From Chiloscyllium plagiosum (lineage: Eukaryota), in assembly GCF_004010195.1 (NCBI RefSeq), contig NC_057759.1, forward strand, positions 990,163 to 1,054,162: a DNA stretch of 64,000 nt, in the 5' to 3' direction. Made by a program: the position numbers and the translations under genes. This document shows, piece after piece, positions 26,118 through 37,636 of the stretch; the first letter of the stretch is position 1, and every line of letters begins with the position of its first letter. A model generated the notes under the pieces. The model made no database searches. It saw only the letters and a program-made list of their open reading frames with translations, and had not been told where the DNA came from.

Positions 26118-26148
26118 AGAGAATCAGAAGCAAGGAGGTCTGTATCAT
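26118..26148 (-). pseudogene. FCRL-like exon S1 (signal peptide first half, MIQTSLLLIL)
   Basis: ATG at 26148, 31 coding nt, hydrophobic, strong phase-1 donor T|gtaagt. An in-frame upstream ATG lies at 26175. Confidence 0.75.
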
Positions 26149-27379
26149 TTTCAACACGGTTTTGTAGCACAGCATTTTCCAACTCAGTGTGACCTGGTGC
26201 TTGCTACATCGATGCCTGCTCTCTCTCGCATTTATCTGTAACAGAAGACAATAAGTTTAGAAACAGCAAAAGGGGCTGCTCTCTCCATACNNNNNNNNNN
26301 NNNNNNNNNNNNNNNNNNNNNNNNNNNNNNNNNNNNNNNNNNNNNNNNNNNNNNNNNNNNNNNNNNNNNNNNNNNNNNNNNNNNNNNNNNNNNNNNNNNN
26401 NNNNNNNNNNNNNNNNNNNNNNNNNNNNNNNNNNNNNNNNNNNNNNNNNNNNNNNNNNNNNNNNNNNNNNNNNNNNNNNNNNNNNNNNNNNNNNNNNNNN
26501 NNNNNNNNNNNNNNNNNNNNNNNNNNNNNNNNNNNNNNNNNNNNNNNNNNNNNNNNNNNNNNNNNNNNNNNNNNNNNNNNNNNNNNNNNNNNNNNNNNNN
26601 NNNNNNNNNNNNNNNNNNNNNNNNNNNNNNNNNNNNNNNNNNNNNNNNNNNNNNNNNNNNNNNNNNNNNNNNNNNNNNNNNNNNNNNNNNNNNNNNNNNN
26701 NNNNNNNNNNNNNNNNNNNNNNNNNNNNNNNNNNNNNNNNNNNNNNNNNNNNNNNNNNNNNNNNNNNNNNNNNNNNNNNNNNNNNNNNNNAAGGTCAATG
26801 TTTCTCTAACAATTTCACTTTCAAGCTTGGGCCCGAGGCTTTTAGCACAGTTAGTTCAAAATGAATCAGCTGCTTGCCGAACTTGTACCCTTAATTGGTA
26901 GGAGGTAAAAGCAATTTAACTGTTCCAAATCAGCTATAGGTGCACTTTCTTGGGTGTGCACCATCCTGAATACCAACCAATGAGTTCTCTTACTGGGTAT
27001 CATGTGCTATATTTTGTCCACATAAACAGAAGCTACAATCACCTGTTGGCCTGCATGAGTACAATTTTTAAACATGAACCATTCACTATCCACCAGCAAC
27101 CACATTAGTATGGCCCCACAATCCATCCTTGTCAATTCCTGCCTCTTAAATTATATATCCTTTTATTTAGATTCTGGATCCTACCCTCTAAATTCAACTA
27201 CGTGGCTTTTCATCTTCATGGAGAATGGTGCCACATTATGGTCACCCTGCTCCAAAGGATCTTTGCATGACAAGACTGTTAATTTCTCATTGCATCTAGA
27301 TGAGCCTGTTGTCCAGTTGGTTCTTCAAGGTTAAATAACTATCCCTTTTTGATTCTTCAAGACGATGGCTGACCAACAC

Positions 27380-28697
27380 TTTCTCTATTCTGGATTGGTG
27401 GTGCTGGAAGAGCACAGCAGTTCAGGCAGCATCCGAGGAGCAGTAAAATCGACGTTTCGGGCAAAAGCCCCTCATCAGGAATACAGGCAGAGAGCCTGAG
27501 GCTTGGAGAGATAAGTGAGGGGTGGGGAGAAAGTAGCGTATTCCAAATTCCAAATTCCTCCGCCGCCGCCGTATCTGCTCCCTGGAGGACCAGTTCCACC
27601 ACAGAACACACTAGATGGCCTCCTTCTTCAGAGACCGCAATTTTCCTTCCCACGTGTTTAAAGATGCCCTCCAACGCATCTCGTCCACATCCCGCACCTC
27701 CGTCCTCAGACCCCACCCCTCCAACCGTAACAAGGACAGAACGTCCCTGGTACTCACCTTCCACCCTACCAACCTTCGCATAAACCAAATCGTCAGTCCA
27801 CATTTCCGCCACCTCCAAACGGACCCCACCACCAGGGATATATTTCCCTCCCCACCCCTTTCCACCTTCCACAAATACCGTTCCCTCCGTGACTACCTGG
27901 TCAGGTCCACGGCCCCCAACAACCCATTCTCCCATCCTGGCATCTTCCACTGCCACCGCAAGAATTGCAATACCTGCGCCCACACCTCCTCCCTCACCTT
28001 CATCCAAGGCCCTAAAGGAGCCTTTCACATCCATCAAAGTTTTACCTGCACATCCACCAATATCATTTATTGTATCCGTTGCTCTCAATGCAGTCTCCTA
28101 TACATTGGGGAGACTGGACTCCTCCTAGTAGAGCGCTTTAGGGAACATCTCCGGGACACCTGCACCAATCAACCCTGTGGCCCAACATTTCAACTCCCCC
28201 TCCCACTCTGCAGAGGACATGGAGGTCCTGGGCCTTCTTCACTGCCGCTCCATCACCACCAGACGCCTGGAGGAAGAACGCCTCATATTCTGCCTCGGAA
28301 CACTTCAACCCCAGGGCATCAATGGGGAGTTCAACAGTTTCCTCATTTCCCCTTTCCCCACCTCACCCCAGTTCCAAACTTCCAGCTCAGCACTGTCCCC
28401 ATGACTTGTCCTACCTGCCTATTTCTTTTCCACCTATCCACTCCACCCTCCCCACTAACCTATCACCTTCATCCCCTCCCCCACTCACCTATTGTACTCT
28501 ATGCTACTTTCTCCCCACCCCACCCTCCTCTAGCTTATCTCTCCACGCTACAGGCTCTCTGCCTGTATTCCGGATGAAGGGCTTTTGTCCGAAACGTTGA
28601 TTTCACTGCTCCTCGGATGCTGCCTCAACTGCGGTGCTCTTCCAGCACAACTAATCCAGAATCTGGTTTCCAGCATCTGCTGTCATTGTTTTTACCT
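27380..28697 (+). mobile_element. Penelope-like retroelement, 5'-truncated, inverted 5' pLTR
   Basis: GIY-YIG region (FTCTSTNIIYCIRC..C.LLYIGETG...ERFREHL). The 3' terminus is duplicated in inverted orientation at 27380-27540. Confidence 0.92.
27447..27482 (-). ncRNA. Minimal hammerhead ribozyme motif in Penelope pLTR
   Basis: AUUC-CUGAUGA-G-GGGC-UUUU-GCCC-GAAAC-GUC-GAUU. Confidence 0.7.
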
Positions 28698-30521
28698 AAC
28701 ACTTTCTCTAGGGCAACTAGGAACAGGCAATAAATACTGGCCAGCCAGTGACACCCACATCCTTCAAAACAAATTTAAAAATACACATACACATACTCAC
28801 GAAAACATTCCATCATTTTGTTTTGTCGATGTCTATGTCAATTAAAGTCACCTAAGATTACAGTTGCACGGTTATTGCAAGAATCTCTGATGCCTTGCTG
28901 CATATCTGATTACGCTTGTAGGAAGGCTAATGGAACGGTAATTCATTATTACAAGAGGATTTGAGTACAGGAGCAGTTAAGTTTTGTTTCAAATGCATAG
29001 GACTTTGGTTAGGCTGTATCTGCAGGTCTGTGTGCAGTTTGGGTCTCCTTATGTCAGGAAATATGCTATTTTCCTGTAGCGAGAGAGCCATGAAGATTCA
29101 CCAGACTTGCCCCTGGGATGGGGCCAACATCATATGAAGAGCCAGTGGGCAAACTGGGCCTGCATTGTCTTGGCATTCCACGGATGAGCGATGATATCAT
29201 TGAAAATAAAGTAACACAATTCTTAAAGAGACATGTTACCTATAGGTTGAATATTTGCTGGTTGGGGGAAGATGAGAACTGGGCAGAATTGTAAAATAAG
29301 TGTAATTTGAAAGATGAGGGTTTATTTTGTTTTGCTCAGTAGATTGTAATCTACCTGCAGGGTGCTAGGGTCACTCCATCACTGTGTATGTTTAAGGTAG
29401 AGGCTGATAAATTTCTCATTACCAATCTTTAAGTAGGTTATGGGATGGAGTGTGTAAATGCATTGTAGTTGCTCGATCAGCCATTGTCGTACTCAATGGG
29501 ACAGCAGGTTGATGGGGATGAACGGCCCACTCCCGTTATTACGTTCCTCTGTTACGAAAGCAACGGATCTGGTTGCTTTTCTCTCAGAAATACACTCAAG
29601 TACTTTCCTTCCCTAACAATGAAACGCTGCTCGGAAATGCACAATTTATACATCTGTTGGCTCAAAAGCCTGTTCTCTGAATTGATGCAGTGGCCATGAA
29701 AAAGTAGTTATAGTGTTATAGAGATAGACAGCATGGAAACAGACCCTTAGGTCGAATTTGCCTATGCCAACAGATATTCTAAATCAACCTAGTCCCCTTT
29801 GCCAGTACTTGGCCCATATTGCTGTCACCATTCCTATTCACATTCCCATACAGATGCCTTTTAAATGTTGTAATTGTAACAGCCTCCACCACTTTCTCTG
29901 GCAGCTTATTTACATTGCACCATCCTTTGCATGAAACAAGTTGCCCCTTAAGTCCCCTTTAAACTTTGCTTCTCTTACCCTAAACCTATGCCTTCTAGTT
30001 TTGATCAACTACCCTTCCCCCCAAACTACCACCATTCCAGGGAAAAGATTTTGTCTACTTACCATATCAATGCCAATGATGATCTTATAACCTCCATAAG
30101 ATCACCGCTCAACCACTGACGTTTCAGAACAAACAGCCCCAGCCTACTCAGCCTCTTCCTATAGCTCAAATCCTCTAATCCTGGCAATATCCTTGTAAAT
30201 CCTTTCTGAACCCTTTCAAACTTCACAAAATCCTTCCTGTAGGAGGGAGACCAGATTGCATGCAATATGGCGAAAGTATGAGATTATGCTACATCTGTCC
30301 TTTCTCTCAAGGAGGGATTGAAGTTTTATCAACGATTGAATCAAGCTTCATCAAAGCAAGTATTTCCAGTAAATAAATCTGACAAATATGTGTTTCTGTA
30401 AATGAAAGCTGCAGCCCATTTTAATTTAACTTTAGGACTCGAAAAGCAGCGTTAGCAACTTTTTTTATTTCTCATATATTACAAGTAAGCTGGAGTGTAA
30501 CGGTAGAAATGTGAAGAAAGG

Positions 30522-30584
<63 letters not shown>

Positions 30585-30612
30585 GTGGATGACAGATAGA
30601 TGGATGGATAGG
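30522..30612. repeat. (GATA)n microsatellite
   Basis: Directly visible. Confidence 0.95.
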
Positions 30613-32041
30613 ACATTTGAATCATACATTTAATATCGTTTTTCATAATAGAGTACATATACATCAAAATTGCACGATTTCGTTCAGACTGTTACTGCTG
30701 AGCCCTGGTTTAATGTGCATGTCTTCCTTTCTTATCTTCACATACCTACCCATCGTTGAAAAAAAAATAATGAAATGAAAAGATTTTTTGTCGAACATCA
30801 TGCTGCAAATAGAATTAACCCAGAGATGTTAAAAAAGTTAGACACAAGATTAAATTACAAACGCTAAATCTTCACCTTTGGTGAAAAAGTAATGCACTAA
30901 TTCGACAACAACTCAATTGAAATAACTTTCAAGTAATACACTAAAATTCTACACCATCTGACAATGCTTCCCGCTAAATTTGAGTCAGAATTCAGACGCA
31001 TATAAATCATTTTCGGTGTTACTTACACCATTATTTTCATGGAAGGGAAAATCGAGCTAATATTTACATATAACTCCTTGTGTCAAGAAGGGAAATGAAA
31101 GCTCATGCGTATTACTGAGAGATAAAGAAGTTAGCTTTGTCTGACAGTGAGAATCAGCAGACATGCACACATATCAGCAATGCCTACTGTCACCACCCCT
31201 AGCGTTCACAGAGCAGAATCACAGATTGGAACAGTGCAATCAGATCATTTACCAGGGAAAGATTATTTTATGGTCAAATACTGTCAAAAGGAGGCAGGGG
31301 TGATTCCCTCAATCCTGCACCTTGGATAATGGTTCATTTCTTTCCTCTCTTGAATTTATCTACACCCATGTGCCCATTAATTAAATAATCTGGGTCAAAT
31401 ACCCGCTAGCAGATGGTATTAAGTTCTGGAAATGGTTGAGGCGGGTACATTGACAACATTTAGAAGGCATTTGGACAATTACATAGATAGTAAAGGTTTG
31501 GAAGGATATGGGCCTAGTGCAGGGAAATGGGGCTAGAGTGGCTGGACATCTTGGTCAGCGTGGAGCACATTGAACTGAAGGGCCTGTCTCCATGTTGTAG
31601 GACCCTAAAGCCGAAACAATCTTTCAGGTGAAGCAGCATTTCAACTGTACCTCCTCCAATATTATTTATTGAACTCGCTGCACCCAATGTGGCCTACTCT
31701 ACATTGGTGAAACCAAACATAGACAAGATTGACACTTTACAGAACACCTCCAGTGTGTGCACAAACAGGACCCCAACTTTTTTGGAAGCCAGTCATTTTA
31801 ACACAGGTCACATGTCCATGTGTTCTTCCTCGGCTTGTTGCAATGTTCCAGTGAATCACAATGCAAACTGAAGGAACAACGTCTCATCTTCAGACTAGGC
31901 ACTTTACAATGGTTTGGAATTAATGGTGAGCTCAATACCTTCAAATTGTGAACCCACTCCCTCCCGTTGTCTTAGCTAGTTACATTCTGTTATTATGTCA
32001 TCTCTCCCCTCCCACCCCCTCATGCTGTCTGCAACCATCTC

Positions 32042-32044
<3 letters not shown>

Positions 32045-32083
<39 letters not shown>

Positions 32084-32120
32084 TTTCCCCCCCCCCCCCC
32101 ACCCCCCCCCCCCCCCCCCC
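32045..32120. repeat. Poly-C tract
   Basis: Directly visible. The corresponding position in copy B is an N gap. Confidence 0.9.
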
Positions 32121-32844
32121 TTGCAACAATTTCCATAAATACCCCTTGGCACAAATGGTAAAATCAAACACAGGTTCTCCGGGGACAGATGTCAGACTGA
32201 GGGAGGATCAGCATGGACCTGCTTTTTTTGGTGCAGCAGCTTCACAATGACTGCTTGCTAAAACGAAACCAAACCAGAGTAAAGCTGAGCTGGGAGAACT
32301 GACCACTCTCCTTTCATTGTACAAGTATTCTTACCTAACGACTTGAAAGTCTTTTTCATGAGGCAGTATCTGTTAGCTCGAATCAAATTGACCCGAGAAC
32401 CTTTCAAACCTGGACTTACCTGCAATCTCTGTTTTTCCAACATCTCTGAAAAAAATGCCAAGGACAGCATCGTCAAATGAGACACACCATTCCTGAGGAG
32501 GACCTTATGCTCAAAACGTTGACTCCCCTGCTCCTCAGATGCTGCTTGAACTGCTGCGAATCTCTAGCACCACACGCTTCAACATACCATTGTTCAGCCA
32601 TTCTCACATTTGAATCACTTAATGTGAACTACGAACATATATTCTCCAATAGCACTCTATACCCAGACCCCCATAGTACCCCTTCCAAACCATAACATAA
32701 ATGCTGAGCCCGCCACACCTCTCCAGCTCTGATGGACAGTCATCTAAACTCCAAGCATTAGCTTGTTCTCTCTCCATTGATGCTGCCTGACCCATTGTGA
32801 TTTCCAGCATTGGCTGTTTTCAGTAAGAAATATTGTGCTCTCAT

Positions 32845-32880
<36 letters not shown>

Positions 32881-33125
32881 TCTGTCTCTGTCTCTCTCTG
32901 TCTCTCTCTTTCTCTCTCTCTGTGCGTGTGTGTGGAAGAGAGGGAGAGAAAGACAGAGAAAGAAGATGATCAACCTCAATTCAGATACTTTAGCATTCCC
33001 TGCACACTCCCACATATACACGCACGTGCGTGCACACCCACACAAATATACAGACACACACGCGTGCACATGCACACACATGCATACACACACATGCGTG
33101 CACATACACACATGCGCACACACAA
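32845..33125. repeat. (CT)n and degenerate (CA)n microsatellites
   Basis: Directly visible. Confidence 0.9.
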
Positions 33126-33129
33126 AACG

Positions 33130-33592
33130 TTGATAGAGTTCCTTTTGGAATGCCATGCTTCTGGGAATTCTCGTGCATGTCTTTGTTTGGCCTGGCCTAG
33201 GATGGATGAGTTGTCCCAGTCGAAGTGGTGTCCTTCCTCATCCGTATGTTAGGATACTAGTGAGGGTAGGGCATGTCGTTTTGTGGCTCGTTGATGTTCA
33301 TGTATCCTATCAACAAACACATTATCTTGGATCTTATTTACCACCCACTGAGAAAAACAATATGAAATGACATCACCAGAGGAAATGATGTCTCCACAGG
33401 AAATTACATCATCAACCCAAGGAAACACAGACATATAAATCGAAAGTGGGCTACACCACCAATGCTTCATCCAGAGGCTCAGTGAAGATGTTACCTAGTA
33501 TGGTGACAAACTGTCTGAAAATGAACCTTCCAGTTCAGCGAGCAAACCTACATCCAATACCTCAACCTGAGCTACGAATCTTCTCAAAACCA
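33130..33592. mobile_element. Old Penelope-like fold-back fragment
   Basis: Same AREF.EAWHS-type sequence as 23.9 kb, with a pLTR tail. Duplicated at about 59150-59612. Confidence 0.6.
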
Positions 33593-33668
33593 GTTAAATT
33601 TTAATTCCACAATTATATTTATTCAAAACTTTTTCTTTATGGATTTTGTTAATTTTTGTTGTATGGGA

Positions 33669-33993
33669 GGCACGGTGGTGCAGTGGCTTGCACTGCTGCC
33701 CCACAGCACCAGAGACCCGGGTTCAGTTCCTGCCTCAGGCAACTGCCTGTGTGGAGTTTCCACGTTCTCCCCGTGTCTGAGTGGGTTTCCTTGGGGTGCT
33801 CCGGTTTCCTCCCACAGTCCAAAGATGTGCAGGTTAGGTGAATTGGCCATGTTAAATTGCCCGTAGTGTTAGATGCATTAGTCAGGGGTGAGTGTAGTGG
33901 AATGTGTCTGGGTGGGTTGCTCTTCAGAGGGTCGGTGTGGACTTGTTGGGCCGAAGGGCCTGTTTCCACACTCTAGGGAATCTAATCTAATCT
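33669..33993 (+). mobile_element. HE1-like SINE
   Basis: ggcacggtggtgcagtgg A box, ggttcagttcc B box, (aatct)n tail. A paralogous copy lies at 59689-59978. Confidence 0.88.
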
Positions 33994-34495
33994 CATGAGA
34001 TGTCGAAGGAGTCGATCGGCAGAGAGAGGGAAAACACTGAGATTTTCTGACTGATTCCCAACAGGATGGTTCAATTTCCTTCCATTCTAGTTAATCGTTC
34101 TTCTCCCATTGTTAGCTTCACAGACCCGAACGGAAGTATTTGAAAACATAACGGCAATTTACTCCTGTACTACATCGCAGTTGTAAACTGAACTTGATTG
34201 TTGTCACAGAGTCCTATAGCATGGAGACGAGCCCTTTGGCCCAAACTAGTCCATGCTGTCCACAATGTCCGGCCAGGCTAACCTCATTTCCCTGCACTTG
34301 GCCCATATCCTTCTGTGCTTTCCTATCCTTATCTTGTGTTGACAATGCTGCATCAACTGTCGTCTGTCTGAAACGGTAAATCAGATATGTAAGACAAATT
34401 TCTGAGAGAAACAAATATAATGTGAATTAGAACCATAATTTTCAATAGGCCAAGAAACTGGGGAGAAGGTATGTGTGTGTGTGTGTGTGTGTGTC

Positions 34496-34539
<44 letters not shown>

Positions 34540-36351
34540 TCAGCGAGAGAGAGTCTGTGAGAGAGAGACAGGGAGCGAGAGAGAGAGTTAAACAAACAAT
34601 GAAAGGCAGAGAAGGGGAATGAGACAGTGTGAGTTGGGCCATCGTATGAACCATAGCATTAATTTATTGAGTAACAGGAGATGGTGCAATATCTGTGATG
34701 GTCGGAGTGAATTTCGAAATGTAAGGTGTTTTTATTGCGTATGAGTTTGAAGCAATATGGAATTTCACAGGCTGAATATTTTTAGAAACAAATCAAACAT
34801 GATACAAATGAACCACAAAACAGACCGTGCTGGCTTAATGGCACTGACGTTTGTTATCTGATACTACATTTCAATGGATATCAAAAAAACGCATGACCCT
34901 AATGTAACAGGTGCCCACACAGCACTAAAAGTAGAGAATCGGACCACTTAGATGATGCATGAGCAAGTTCTATTAAGGAGAGAAAATCTTCTGTTGTTTT
35001 CTGAAGTTTACTGTCAGGCTCTTTAGATATTTGAGGGCACTCTTCACCTATGCTCTGTATTTATTCTGAGTTCCGGAATAAATAAATGGGCTGATAGAAG
35101 AACTCAAATGCTGAAGTATGATTCCGATTTCTTGCAGACTGAAGTTTGATTCGTTGGAATTGTTTCTGGGAAAATAACTGACTCTCGCAATGCTGACGTA
35201 CAGGAAAGTTATGAGACCCAAATTCATAAGAGTATGAAGTTGCCTGAGATGGTGAAAAGTAAAACAATAGACTTTCTGCGGTTCCCTATCTCAGGGTCAC
35301 ATTTATCTCCATTGCTCTGGATCCGTCGTCTCCTGCGAGCTTTACTGGCCGCTAGAATGTGCCTGACAGTCCGAGCATTGAGCAGCAGAATCAACGTGAA
35401 TGCGAGACAAGGTGTTAAAGTATAAAGAATCAGGTGATATGCTACCCAAGCTGATGATGTATAAAATATGATTTTAACCTGCAAAACCAGGGTGTATTGT
35501 TAATTATGTACAAAGGTTCAAATATTAAATACAGAAAAGAACATATAAAACAGCACACTATGAAGACCACTCCAATTACATATGCCGCCGTTTTCTCTGT
35601 GCAATACTCCTCTTTTATCTCCTGGCAACAAATAACTATAAATCGATCAAAAGTGAAAGCCACTGTTAGCCAGATGGAGCTGCCTAATGCTACAATGTTG
35701 AAGACAGAAACTGCATAATGGTGTAATAGAAAGGAAACTGACCGGGAAGTAAATACCACAAATCCTGTTTAATATCACGGCGGCAAAAATGACAAGAAGA
35801 TCGGATACTGCCATCGATATCAGGTACCGAGTGACACATCTAGAGAGCCCGCATCTTCCTTGGGACAGAACCGCAATGGCCTCCATGTCAGCTGTAACAT
35901 ACACACATAATGAAATGGGTGAGCATACAGAAAACGAGGGAAAGTGTATCTGCGTGCTTTGTTGAGGGTAGGAATGGTGGGAATGGGAGGTCAGGAGGAG
36001 GACTGGTTGGGATAGCAAATAAAAACCTACCTATTCAAAAGACAGATTTTATGTGGTTTTCTAAAGATCAATCTCCAATACTCATTTGAATACTAACACT
36101 TTCCCAGCGTGTATGGTTTCTTTGCTGGCAATATGCATGCTCATTAATCTGTGTGTACTGACTGTTTTCCCTCCCACCTGTTCTTTCATACTTCTCAGTC
36201 CCTTTTATTAATACAACTACATAATACATATTGATAAAAAAGAGTTAAAATAAAAATAATTTTATTGGTTTATATTTAAAGATGAGTTACAAGCTTCAAA
36301 CAGAAAAAGGAAACGTATTTTAAAAATCTTTATAATGGCAGTAAACTCACA

Positions 36352-36612
36352 TTAATATGAAACAATGAAATTTTAGTTCGTTTGATAGTTATGTGCTATT
36401 CCTATAAGATATTCCAAACAATCTTATCACCATTTCAAACACGCATACATACGTTGAACGCTACTTATTTGGTAGAAGCATATACAATATTGGATGAACC
36501 GCATCAAGTCTTTTTGCTAAAATGTTTGAAATGGTGAAGAGTTTGTTTGGAATATCTTAGGCGAATAGCACATAACTATCAAATGATCTAAAATTTCATT
36601 GCTTAATATTAA
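36352..36612. repeat. About 90-bp inverted repeat pair (fold-back/MITE-like)
   Basis: 36352-36441 is the reverse complement of 36523-36612 with scattered mismatches. Confidence 0.85.
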
Positions 36613-36700
36613 GTGGAAAAACGCTACCATCGATATTCAAAATATACGACTTATTTGCGGTGGCGAATCGTCTTCAGTGGTCAATGGGCGGTGGCTAAGC

Positions 36701-37636
36701 GTCCTCAGTGGTCAAAGGACAGTGGCTAATCTTCGGCGGCGAATCTGCTGTGGCGAATGGTCCCATCCCAGAGTTTATTAGCATGGAACTTAATAAGAAT
36801 AGTGAACATACCGTATTTTTTTTTTAAATGAAGACTCGAATTCCTTTTCCATTGCATTCTGCAAAGGGGCGGAAACACCCTGCTCCCAGTCTGGATGGCA
36901 AAATGATTAACTTATGAATATACGGCAATGAACCTGTTCTAAAATATATTGAGAGGTTAAAAAAAAGCTGCAGATGTTGGAATGCAAGGTAGACAAGCAG
37001 GAGGCTGGAAGAACACTGCAGGTCAGACAGCATCAGACGGTGGAGTAGTGGACGGTCGGTTGAAACCTTTCTTCACAAGCATCCTGAAGAAGGATTACAC
37101 ACAAAAGCTTGACTTCTCCACGCGGAAATATATTCAAACAGACAAAGAGGAACGGGTTGTTAGCCTTCTGTAAAAGTTGACTGTCACGATTGATAACTCT
37201 CCATGATTATTCCTGGAGCATACTTGGGAAGTCACGTACTCTACTTGGTGCAGAGTTGAACCACGGGAGGTGGCAGAATTTGGTCCTCAGTGGTCAAAGG
37301 ACAGTGGCTAATCTTCGGCGTCGAATCTGCTGTGGCGAATGGTCCCATCCCAGAGTTTATTAGCATGGAACTTAATAAGAATAGTGAACATACCGTATTT
37401 TTTTTTTAAATGAAGACTCGAATTCCTTTTCCATTGCATTCTGCAAAGGGGCGGAAACACCCTGCTCCCAGTCTGGAAGGCAAAATGATTAACTTATGAA
37501 CATACGGCAATGAACCTGTTCTAAAATATATTGAGAGGTTAAAAAAAAACTGCAGATGTTGGAATGCAAGGTAGACAAGCAGGAGGCTGGAAGAACACTG
37601 CAGGTCAGACAGCATCAGACGGTGGAGTAGTGGACG
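36701..37636 (+). repeat. 354-bp direct duplication next to an assembly gap
   Basis: 36701-37054 matches 37283-37636 with only a few substitutions. Confidence 0.85.

Larger units (their letters stand above)
5379..26148 (-). pseudogene. Fc receptor-like (FCRL/FCRL5-like) inhibitory Ig-superfamily receptor pseudogene: 2 leader exons, 6 Ig exons, TM exon, 5 cytoplasmic exons
   Basis: Exons assembled by hand with AG/GT sites and matching intron phases (listed separately). FCRL-type motifs are present (P-V-L...EG..L.L.C, F-Y-K/R-N/D-G, GSLPIYYQFY, SG.Y.C). It has premature stops, frameshifts, two Cys->Trp changes and one GT->AT donor. Confidence 0.85.

Noticed and set aside
27615..28577. 320-aa ORF as a host gene
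   Set aside because: It is a frameshifted Penelope GIY-YIG endonuclease region.
31948..32250. Poly-proline ORF and ~250-bp loss relative to copy B
   Set aside because: Translation of a poly-C tract that is error-prone in sequencing. The paralogous site is a gap.
33669..33740. tRNA-like A/B boxes
   Set aside because: These are SINE heads, not tRNA genes.
36701..37636. 354-bp tandem duplication as a biological event
   Set aside because: It ends exactly at a scaffold gap with near-identity, so it may be an unmerged haplotype overlap.
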